Positions 33,083 through 40,716 of a stretch of 64,000 nt of DNA are shown here, piece after piece; the stretch's first letter is position 1; every line of letters begins with the position of its first letter. Location: positions 13,728 through 77,727 of the forward strand of contig CACKTW010000002.1 in NCBI GenBank assembly GCA_902603215.1. The letters are read 5' to 3'. The stretch is from an uncultured Pelagibacteraceae bacterium (GTDB taxonomy: Bacteria > Pseudomonadota > Alphaproteobacteria > Pelagibacterales > Pelagibacteraceae). The translations under genes were made by a program, and so were the position numbers. The notes beneath the pieces were generated by a model that saw nothing but the letters and a program-made list of their open reading frames with translations, was not told the origin of the DNA and did not search any database.

Positions 33083-33583
33083 CTACTCAAATGGTATTTG
33101 ATCCTCTAATAAATTTCCACTTCCATCCTTAGTTTGTGTTCTTACTACAATGTGATAGTAACCGTATTGGTCTTTTTCAGTATGAAAGCATAACTTCCCT
33201 TTTTTATCTGGCTTATAACAACTATCAGCCATAATAGAATTATCGTAGACATTTCTCCATCTTTCGCCGTTACCAAAATGCTTAAAAAAATTATATGTAA
33301 ATATTGCGGCATTACTATTAGAGCTAGTTGCGTTTGCATATTGTGGACAAAGATCGTTAGTATATCTATTAGGTTCTTTTTTGAGAATTAACTCAGCACC
33401 TATTGAACATTTTTTAGTCTCTGATGCTATAAACTTAACAACTTTTTTATGCATATTTTTCACGGCTGCCTCTTTTGCACTCGCAGTATACCCATTATAA
33501 GCAACCACACCTACCGCAGCTAATATTCCGATGATTGCGACTACAACTAATAATTCGATAAGTGTAAATCCTTTTATTCTCAT
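33083..33583 (-). CDS. type IV pilin paralogue P2
   Basis: 166 aa. MRIKG|FTLIELLVVVAIIGILAAVGVVAYNGYT; variable Cys-containing head. The start abuts the P3 stop. Confidence 0.85.
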   Translation of the reverse strand: MRIKGFTLIELLVVVAIIGILAAVGVVAYNGYTASAKEAAVKNMHKKVVKFIASETKKCSIGAELILKKEPNRYTNDLCPQYANATSSNSNAAIFTYNFFKHFGNGERWRNVYDNSIMADSCYKPDKKGKLCFHTEKDQYGYYHIVVRTQTKDGSGNLLEDQIPFE

Positions 33584-34126
33584 TTACTCTTCAAAATATA
33601 CAAATTCCTCTATTATGTTGTCTCCAGAACAAGGTTCTTTAAGGCAAGTCATGAAATTTAATCTTGCAAAATTAGTTTTGTTACTTTGATTTTTTGCTCC
33701 AGTTGAACTTACATTAACTTGGCCAACCGTATATCCAAAACCGGATCTGACACCTGGAGCTTTTGAATCATATGGATTTTTAAAGTTTCTTAAAACACCC
33801 AAGTCATATCCGCCTGCTCTATAAGCTTTTATATTTACAAGTGCTTCAGCAACTTTTTGCGCACCTAACCCTGGTGGATGAAAAACATTAACACCGTAAG
33901 TGTTATTACATATTACGTGCCCCTCCATTATAGAGTATTCACCAATCGTACATTTTATTAATTCCGTTTTAGTATATTTGATTGCTTGTTTGTGGTTTTG
34001 TTTAACTGCGTTAGCTTTTGCAGCACTTGTGTAACCATTATAAGCAACCACTCCTACTGCAGCTAGAATACCGATGATGGCTACGACGACTAAAAGCTCA
34101 ATTAAGGTGAAGGCTTTTTTATTCAT
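33584..34126 (-). CDS. type IV pilin paralogue P3
   Basis: 180 aa. MNKKA|FTLIELLVVVAIIGILAAVGVVAYNGYT (Ala at -1); FKNPYD motif. Confidence 0.85.
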   Translation of the reverse strand: MNKKAFTLIELLVVVAIIGILAAVGVVAYNGYTSAAKANAVKQNHKQAIKYTKTELIKCTIGEYSIMEGHVICNNTYGVNVFHPPGLGAQKVAEALVNIKAYRAGGYDLGVLRNFKNPYDSKAPGVRSGFGYTVGQVNVSSTGAKNQSNKTNFARLNFMTCLKEPCSGDNIIEEFVYFEE

Positions 34127-34130
34127 TAAA

Positions 34131-34619
34131 CTAAAATTGATTGTTAACTTTAACCATTTCTGTAAACCTGTTAGATGAGTTATTGCAGGGGGTTTTTAAA
34201 CATATAATTACTCGTAAGCTTCCTGGTCCCCCAGTATTATTATAAATAATTTTTCCTATCATTTTATCACTGTTAGGTACGCTTCCAGAACATTCGATAT
34301 GACTTGATTGATTTGAATCATAAGGGTTTTTAAGTTTTGGACCATTCCTATTGTATTCAACTATATGATTACAAAGCATATTTGTTTTATTTGCCCAACT
34401 ACACCATACTTGATCTGCCATTATTTTTTCTTCTCCTAAATTACATTTCATTAATTCTGCATTTATTGATTTAATTAACATTTTATGTTGTGCTTTGACG
34501 GCATTTTCTTTAGCACTCTGGGTATAACCATTATAAGCAACCACTCCCACTGCAGCTAGAATACCGATGATGGCGACAACGACTAGGAGTTCTATTAGGG
34601 TGAAACCTTTTCGTTTCAT
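34131..34619 (-). CDS. type IV pilin paralogue P4
   Basis: The track ORF starts at a GTG (34634). The ATG at 34617-34619 gives the family-typical leader MKRKG|FTLIELLVVVAIIGILAAVGVVAYNGYT (162 aa). LKNPYD motif. Confidence 0.85.
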   Translation of the reverse strand: MKRKGFTLIELLVVVAIIGILAAVGVVAYNGYTQSAKENAVKAQHKMLIKSINAELMKCNLGEEKIMADQVWCSWANKTNMLCNHIVEYNRNGPKLKNPYDSNQSSHIECSGSVPNSDKMIGKIIYNNTGGPGSLRVIICLKTPCNNSSNRFTEMVKVNNQF

Positions 34620-34697
34620 AAAACACTGTACCACTGTGCCTTATGTGTGATCAATAATTTATAAATATTGAATAAAGGTATCTAGAACTAGGAAATA

Positions 34698-34734
34698 GAC
34701 CGCCGGACACGGGCTTATGAGTCCCGCGCTCTAA
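34698..34734 (-). pseudogene. tRNA-Met(CAU)-like relic (D-stem 3' half, anticodon arm, variable region only)
   Basis: The minus strand reads TTAGAGCGCGGGACTCATAAGCCCGTGTCCGGCGGTC. It contains TAGAGC, a 4-bp GC anticodon stem with loop CTCATAA (U33, CAU, A37), then CGGCGG without an intact T-loop. No acceptor stem is present. It is the only GC-rich patch in the one large gap of the pilin array. Confidence 0.3.
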
Positions 34735-34735
34735 T

Positions 34736-35335
34736 TTACATACCAGAAGATTTTGTAATTATGTCATACAGATATTCGCCATCAGAAATGGCTGTCCTTA
34801 TTTGACAGTCATATTGATTAGGAAATCCATTACAAGCTATTCGAGTTTGTCCAGGTGGTTGAGCAAAACCATAAACTGACTTAAAATTTTTCAAGTTTCC
34901 TGCTTCATGCCAAGGAATTGTAGACATACCATAAGCATTACCTCCATTTCTTTGGCAGTTTTCACAATTTTTACCGTAAGGATTTTCATAACCAAGATGC
35001 CAAAAATGAAGAGCGTACTTTTGAGTCCCACCGTTTGGTGCCCAACTGCAACCCTCTCTATTTACGCTATTGCCTCCTCCTTCGGGTTTCATTTCATTGC
35101 ATTTAGTTCCCCATCTTGGAGAGCCATTGCACCAATAAATTTCACCTCCTTGAATTTCACACAACCCCCATTTTGCTGCCATTACTTTTAAAACATCTTT
35201 ATGTTGTTGCATTGACTTTGCTCTCTTGGCTGAATCAGTATACCCATTATAAGCAACCACCCCCACCGCAGCTAGAATTCCGATGATGGCTACTACGACT
35301 AGGAGCTCTATTAGGGTGAAGGCTTTACGGTTCAT
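34736..35335 (-). CDS. type IV pilin paralogue P5 (Cys/Gly/Trp-rich head)
   Basis: 199 aa. MNRKA|FTLIELLVVVAIIGILAAVGVVAYNGYT (Ala at -1); 10 Cys; YENPYG motif. The start overlaps the P6 stop (TAATG). Confidence 0.85.
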   Translation of the reverse strand: MNRKAFTLIELLVVVAIIGILAAVGVVAYNGYTDSAKRAKSMQQHKDVLKVMAAKWGLCEIQGGEIYWCNGSPRWGTKCNEMKPEGGGNSVNREGCSWAPNGGTQKYALHFWHLGYENPYGKNCENCQRNGGNAYGMSTIPWHEAGNLKNFKSVYGFAQPPGQTRIACNGFPNQYDCQIRTAISDGEYLYDIITKSSGM

Positions 35336-35835
35336 TAGTTTGTAATAGCTATATAACCGCTCTCAATGTAATGAGTGTCTTTGTAAGTACATGGTTCCAC
35401 AACACATGTTCCAACTTCCATTGTAGTTGGTCCATGATCTCTTAAATTAACAACTCCAGCTGAACCTTTGCTTTGATAGTTATATGGACAGCCTGTACCG
35501 CGCGAAGAACAAACTGACGGTAAAGAAGGGTTTACTGGGTTTTTTAATTTATCTTTCAAAGCTTTTTCTGCTGCATTTATTATTACAGGAACAGGTGTTG
35601 CTACATTTAAATTACTACAGATTAAATCTCCATCCATTGCGGTAGTTTCGCCTAAATCACATTTCTTAGTTTCTGCCATTATGTACTTAATAATATTTGC
35701 TTGTTGAGCTTTAACAGCGTTCATTTTTGCACTCTTCGTATACCCATTATACGCCACCACACCCACCGCAGCCAGAATACCGATGATAGCTACTACGACT
35801 AAGAGTTCTATAAGTGTAAATCCCTTTTGTTTCAT
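35335..35835 (-). CDS. type IV pilin paralogue P6
   Basis: 166 aa. MKQKG|FTLIELLVVVAIIGILAAVGVVAYNGYT; LKNPVN variant motif. Confidence 0.85.
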   Translation of the reverse strand: MKQKGFTLIELLVVVAIIGILAAVGVVAYNGYTKSAKMNAVKAQQANIIKYIMAETKKCDLGETTAMDGDLICSNLNVATPVPVIINAAEKALKDKLKNPVNPSLPSVCSSRGTGCPYNYQSKGSAGVVNLRDHGPTTMEVGTCVVEPCTYKDTHYIESGYIAITN

Positions 35836-35839
35836 AATC

Positions 35840-36319
35840 TTATGGGTACTGAGATTTTGGCCACTGATGATAAGTAACTTTGCCTCTACATCTTACTCTT
35901 AATTTAAATCCTGCAGACTCTGGATAATAGGCAAATTGCCCATCTTTAGGTGGATCACCAATATAACTTAATATTCCTAAATTATAATCTAAGTCCTCAT
36001 ATGGACTCTTCGCATAGTTGGTAAAATGTTTGACAGTTTCTCCAGCTATGGTTCCAAAGTTTGAACAAGATACATCTCTTGCGGTACCTTCTTTATTATT
36101 AAGATATTGACCTTTCAAAGACACTTTTCCGTCTATGTCACATAAAGTCCAATGCTGATTAATTAATCTTTTTAAAGTTGCGTAATGGTTTAAACATACT
36201 TTTTCTTTTGCACTTGCAGTATACCCATTATAAGCAACTACTCCTACTGCAGCTAAGATGCCAATGATGGCTACTACGACTAGAAGTTCTATTAGAGTGA
36301 AGCCTTTTCGTTTCATCAT
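35840..36319 (-). CDS. type IV pilin paralogue P7
   Basis: 159 aa. M(M)KRKG|FTLIELLVVVAIIGILAAVGVVAYNGYT, with two adjacent ATGs at 36314-36319; AKSPYE variant motif. Confidence 0.85.
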   Translation of the reverse strand: MMKRKGFTLIELLVVVAIIGILAAVGVVAYNGYTASAKEKVCLNHYATLKRLINQHWTLCDIDGKVSLKGQYLNNKEGTARDVSCSNFGTIAGETVKHFTNYAKSPYEDLDYNLGILSYIGDPPKDGQFAYYPESAGFKLRVRCRGKVTYHQWPKSQYP

Positions 36320-36329
36320 AAACTTAAGA

Positions 36330-36839
36330 TTAAGGTGTTATTTTAACTCTACTGTAATTTGCGGTATTATTACATGGTGTTGAATGACAGCAATATATAT
36401 CAATTTGAGAATTATTATCTGATACAAAAACATAACCTACGTGACTATCTTTTGGACGGCCTCCCCAGTTAGCAAACTGCATTAAAGACTTTTCAGTTTT
36501 AAAAGGATTTTTCATAGTGCAAAATGAGCACTTTGAATAACCAACATAATTCATAAAAGCCCCTCTGGCTATTCTTCCTGGGCTCACTACATTTAAAGGA
36601 CAGAGAAAATTATTACTATTTTTTTGGTCAAAAATATAGTCGGTTAAACCTGCATTGCACTTTGTAGTTTCAAGTCTGATAAACTTTTCAACATTTTTAC
36701 AAGTAGACTTTACAGTTGCAGATTTTGTTCCTTCTGTATACCCATTATAAGCAACCACTCCCACGGCAGCTAGAATACCGATGATGGCGACGACGACTAA
36801 GAGTTCGATTAATGTAAAACCTGTTTTTTTAATATTCAC
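36330..36839 (-). CDS. type IV pilin paralogue P8
   Basis: 169 aa. GTG start at 36837-36839; leader (M)NIKKTG|FTLIELLVVVAIIGILAAVGVVAYNGYT; MKNPF variant motif. Confidence 0.8.
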   Translation of the reverse strand: MNIKKTGFTLIELLVVVAIIGILAAVGVVAYNGYTEGTKSATVKSTCKNVEKFIRLETTKCNAGLTDYIFDQKNSNNFLCPLNVVSPGRIARGAFMNYVGYSKCSFCTMKNPFKTEKSLMQFANWGGRPKDSHVGYVFVSDNNSQIDIYCCHSTPCNNTANYSRVKITP

Positions 36840-36850
36840 AAATTAATTCT

Positions 36851-37255
36851 TTAGCAGTCTTTACGTGTAATTTTCATTTTTTCAGTTAACGTCAGTATGC
36901 ATCTTTTTGTCTTATGTCGTGCATTAATGTTTAATGTTTGTTGGCTCTGGTGACCTTGTATACAAAACTCCCATTCATCTGAAGGTAGTGTTTCTTTTCC
37001 ATCAAGGAGATTATCTTGAATATTTTTATTTGAAGAAGAATTGCATGAGCCAGAATAATAATAAGATCCATTTTCCGATGTATATTCTTCATTAGCTAGC
37101 AAAATTGCATTTAAGCTAAGTTCAGCATCTTTTTTTTTAGCCGACCAAGCGTAACCCTGATAACTTGTAATTCCTATGGCTGCAAGAATTCCCAAAATAG
37201 CCACTACCACCAATAATTCTATTAGTGTAAAGCCTTCTTGACGATGAAGCTTCAT
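36851..37255 (-). CDS. divergent PilE-like type IV pilin P9
   Basis: 134 aa. MKLHRQEG|FTLIELLVVVAILGILAAIGITSYQGYAWSAKKKDAELSLNAILLANEEYTSENGSYY follows the PilE-type pattern (SYQxY .. A..L .. EEY .. Y). It lacks the KNPY motif of the other nine. Confidence 0.75.
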   Translation of the reverse strand: MKLHRQEGFTLIELLVVVAILGILAAIGITSYQGYAWSAKKKDAELSLNAILLANEEYTSENGSYYYSGSCNSSSNKNIQDNLLDGKETLPSDEWEFCIQGHQSQQTLNINARHKTKRCILTLTEKMKITRKDC

Positions 37256-37273
37256 CGAATTTAATTATTTTTT

Positions 37274-37711
37274 TTAGTTAACGCTAACAGTTGCTTCCAT
37301 TTTATCAGCTGCTGCACACCCCGATTTAGTACAAGTTCTAACCACAACATTTCCGCTTGATTCACTTAAGCTAACATAACCTTCGTTATAACTTGAACTT
37401 GATCTAACAGCATTATTACCAGTGCTATATGGATTTTTATCAGTCATTGTTGCAACCGCTCCTGTTATAGCTTTAGACGCTGTTGCGGGACAATCTTGAC
37501 TTGTTCCCATAAATTTTGATTCACCCAAAGAACATTTTTGTATTTCTGCTGAAATATATTTAACTGCTTGAGCATGCATAGTTTTAGTTGCATTCACTTT
37601 TGCCGCTCCCGTATATCCGTTATAAGCTACCACACCTACGGCAGCTAAAATTCCTATAATCGCAACTACAACTAACAGTTCGATCAATGTAAATCCTTTA
37701 TTTTTTTTCAT
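37274..37711 (-). CDS. type IV pilin paralogue P10 (first in the array; candidate major pilin)
   Basis: 145 aa. MKKNKG|FTLIELLVVVAIIGILAAVGVVAYNGYT; DKNPY motif. It is the only array member with a 71-nt upstream spacer and a clear Shine-Dalgarno-like GGGGGA 7 nt before the ATG. Confidence 0.85.
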   Translation of the reverse strand: MKKNKGFTLIELLVVVAIIGILAAVGVVAYNGYTGAAKVNATKTMHAQAVKYISAEIQKCSLGESKFMGTSQDCPATASKAITGAVATMTDKNPYSTGNNAVRSSSSYNEGYVSLSESSGNVVVRTCTKSGCAAADKMEATVSVN

Positions 37712-37782
37712 AAGTTTATCCCCCGACTAATTCATTTTCCGTTTATAATTCTAAAAAGTCAATAATAAAAAAGACCTTGTTA

Positions 37783-39015
37783 TTAGCCAATAATTGCCCC
37801 TACATTAAAGATAGGAGCGTACATGGCTATCATTAATCCGCCAATGGTAATACCCATGAAGACAATCATAATAGGTTCAATCAAACTAGATAAATTAGCA
37901 ACAGCGGTATCAAATTCTTCTTCGTAATAAGAGGCAACGGAACCAAACATTTCATCTAAACTTCCAGTTTGTTCGCCAACCGAAATAAGTTGACTGAAAG
38001 TTGTTGGAAAAATTTTTTCTTTAGCAAATAATTTAGTTAGCGTTTCGCCTGAAAAAACTCCTTTTTTAACATTTTCAAGCGCTTCGATAACAACAGTATT
38101 GGTGGTTACTGATTTTGCAATATCAATACTTTCAATAAGATCCACTCCGGCTTGACTTAAATTTCCTAAAACTAAAGAAACTTTTGCTAACATGGACTTT
38201 TTAATCAGATTTCCAAAAATGGGTAATTTTAAAATAAATTGATGCCAAGCTTTTCTTATCTTGTAATTTTTTTTTATCAAAAATCTCAAAGTTAATACAA
38301 AAATGATTAGTATCAACAAGGTTAGTCCTCCTCCTGAAGCAGAGCTGACAAAATCACTTGCTGACATAATGGCTGCTGTGGGACCTGGAATTTCTACATT
38401 CATCCCTTCATACATTTTAACAAAAACAGGAACCACTTTTATTAACATAAAAACACTAACCAAAACAGCCACGCTAAAAAGGACACCTGGATAAAACAAA
38501 GCACTCTTAATTTGAGATTTAATTTTTTCTCTTTTTTCTAGTGAAATTACTATTTTTTGCAAGAAAACATCTAACTTACCGCTCGCTTCTCCTGCTTTAA
38601 TTAAGTTAACTACAACCGTATCAAATATTTTTGGGTGATTGGCAAAACACTTTGAAAGCGCATTCCCAGATTCCAAATCTTTCCTGATAGTAACAATAAT
38701 TTTTTTCATACCTGGATTTATTGTTTGTTCATCCAACATATTAAGCGTATTTAAAACGGGAAGGCCAGCTCTCAACATGGTGGCAAATTGCTTACAAAAA
38801 ATTAATACTTCTTTAGCCTTAACGCCTCTGCCAAAACTAAAAGAACTTTTTCCCTTTTTTTTAGCCTCTTTTTTCTTTTTTTTAAACTGCGTAAGTTTTG
38901 TAATAATTACTTTTTGTTCTTTTAATTTATGTGCAGCTTCGGCGTTGTTGATAGCCTCTATTTCACCCTCAACATATTTTCCTTGAGCAATTCCTTTATA
39001 TTGAAAATTAAGCAT
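37783..39015 (-). CDS. pilC: type IV pilus platform protein PilC (GspF family)
   Basis: 410-aa ORF with two GspF repeats, each followed by a TM helix, plus a third C-terminal TM helix. Motifs include MLRAGLPVLNTL and EQTGSLDEMF. Confidence 0.9.
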   Translation of the reverse strand: MLNFQYKGIAQGKYVEGEIEAINNAEAAHKLKEQKVIITKLTQFKKKKKEAKKKGKSSFSFGRGVKAKEVLIFCKQFATMLRAGLPVLNTLNMLDEQTINPGMKKIIVTIRKDLESGNALSKCFANHPKIFDTVVVNLIKAGEASGKLDVFLQKIVISLEKREKIKSQIKSALFYPGVLFSVAVLVSVFMLIKVVPVFVKMYEGMNVEIPGPTAAIMSASDFVSSASGGGLTLLILIIFVLTLRFLIKKNYKIRKAWHQFILKLPIFGNLIKKSMLAKVSLVLGNLSQAGVDLIESIDIAKSVTTNTVVIEALENVKKGVFSGETLTKLFAKEKIFPTTFSQLISVGEQTGSLDEMFGSVASYYEEEFDTAVANLSSLIEPIMIVFMGITIGGLMIAMYAPIFNVGAIIG

Positions 39016-40712
39016 TATTGTACTGCCAGTACTCTTTCAAATTCAGCAAAAGAAAGATCTCCGCTTAATAAAAGATCGTGACCCATAGTTTGCATCGTCC
39101 TAAACCCAGTCTTTTTAGCAATAGCTTCAAGTTCAGTTTGTTGTAAATTAGACAACACTCCCTGTTTTAGTTCTTTGGTCACTTCTAGTATCTCGTAAAT
39201 TCCCATTCTGCCTTTGTAACCACTTTGATTACATTGATCACATCCTTTACCTTTATAAATTTTAGCTCGGGCAGACTGCTCGGGTAAAAAACCTATGGAG
39301 TTTAATAATTTTGGAGTAATATTTTCATCAATAATTTTGCATTCTGTACAAGTTTTTCTCGCTAAACGCTGAGCCATAATTAAAGTTAATGCAGCCGCAA
39401 TTAAATAATTGGGGGTTCCCATATTTTGTAACCTTGTAATTGTGCTCGGAGCATCGTTTGTGTGAATGGTGCTAAAAACTAAGTGGCCTGTCAGCGATGC
39501 TTTTAATGCAATATCGACTGTTTCTTTATCCCTGATCTCTCCCACCAAGATCACTTCAGGATCTTGACGTAAAAAAGATCGCAAAGCAGACGCAAAAGTA
39601 TAACCAATATCTTCCCTTACATGTACCTGACCTATTCCTTCAAGTTCATATTCCACAGGATCTTCTGCTGTTAAAATATTCATGCTGGGTTTGTTGATGT
39701 GTTTTAAAATGCTATAAAGCGTAGTTGTTTTTCCACTTCCCGTGGGTCCCGTTACCAAGACCATACCTTGAGGAGAACTGACGGCCTTGGTCAGTTTATT
39801 AAGATCACTTATTTCAAATCCAAGTTCGCTTAATTTTTTGTCACCCGCATCCTTATTTAAAATCCGCATAACGATACGTTCATTATTTTTAGTTGGCAAA
39901 ATTGATATTCGAAGATCAACTTCTTTGTCTCCTTTTTTAAAAGTTGAAGCGCCGTCCTGTGGAATTCTCCGTTCCGCAATATCCAATTTTGATATAATCT
40001 TAACCCTCGTGACCACAGCATTATAATTATTATGTAAAAACTTGGTAAACTTATCCATAGTTTTTAAGATGCCATCCACTCTATACCTTATTAAAGATGT
40101 GTTTCGGAAAGCTTCAATATGTATATCACTAGCACCTAAATCGATAGCTTCTCCTATGACTTTATCACCAAAATTGATTACATCTGATTCTACTTCAATG
40201 GGAACGGCCTTTTCTTTCTTTTTTATTTGCTCTAACTTTTGATCTTTCTGATTTGTTTTTTTAGCTGTTCCCGACATTCGATCAATAAAATCAGAAATAT
40301 CTGTAATTGAAGCTGCATAAAGCTCGGGTTCCATTTTTGTCATTGTTTTAAGATTTTTCATTAAGCTCAGTTTCGATCCATCGGGTATGGCAATCCTTAA
40401 GGTTTCACCATGTATTTCGAAGGGAACCAAAGTGTTATTTCTTATATAGTCTATGGGTACGATTTTTTTAATTTTATCAGTAACAACATGCTTTTTTAAG
40501 TCGACAATATCCAGCGAATAGGTTTTGGATAAAAGCGATAAAATCTTATTTTCATTGGTCAAATTTAGCTCAAATGCAGTTTCTAGTTTAGACTTTCCAA
40601 CTTCTTTGCTCATAGATTTAATTTTGTTCATTTGGTCAGTGCTAATCGCAGACTGATCCATCAACATGTTTAAAATATTTTGTTCGCTAGAAGCGTCTAA
40701 ATGTATAGCCAT
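39015..40712 (-). CDS. pilB: type IV pilus assembly ATPase PilB (GspE family)
   Basis: 565-aa ORF with a T2SSE_N-like N-domain, Walker A (GPTGSGKTTT), Asp/His boxes and a tetracysteine motif (CTECK...CDQCNQSGYKGR). Confidence 0.9.
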   Translation of the reverse strand: MAIHLDASSEQNILNMLMDQSAISTDQMNKIKSMSKEVGKSKLETAFELNLTNENKILSLLSKTYSLDIVDLKKHVVTDKIKKIVPIDYIRNNTLVPFEIHGETLRIAIPDGSKLSLMKNLKTMTKMEPELYAASITDISDFIDRMSGTAKKTNQKDQKLEQIKKKEKAVPIEVESDVINFGDKVIGEAIDLGASDIHIEAFRNTSLIRYRVDGILKTMDKFTKFLHNNYNAVVTRVKIISKLDIAERRIPQDGASTFKKGDKEVDLRISILPTKNNERIVMRILNKDAGDKKLSELGFEISDLNKLTKAVSSPQGMVLVTGPTGSGKTTTLYSILKHINKPSMNILTAEDPVEYELEGIGQVHVREDIGYTFASALRSFLRQDPEVILVGEIRDKETVDIALKASLTGHLVFSTIHTNDAPSTITRLQNMGTPNYLIAAALTLIMAQRLARKTCTECKIIDENITPKLLNSIGFLPEQSARAKIYKGKGCDQCNQSGYKGRMGIYEILEVTKELKQGVLSNLQQTELEAIAKKTGFRTMQTMGHDLLLSGDLSFAEFERVLAVQ

Positions 40713-40716
40713 AAAA

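Noticed and set aside
33145-33339. 64-aa minus-strand ORF inside pilin P2 in another frame
   Set aside because: It is an alternative frame of a well-supported pilin gene, with no start context or motif.
32595-37711. Neisseria-like silent pilS cassette system for antigenic variation
   Set aside because: Every copy has its own start codon, full prepilin leader and conserved N-terminal helix. No truncated cassettes or obvious recombination-guiding repeats (for example a G4 element) were seen.
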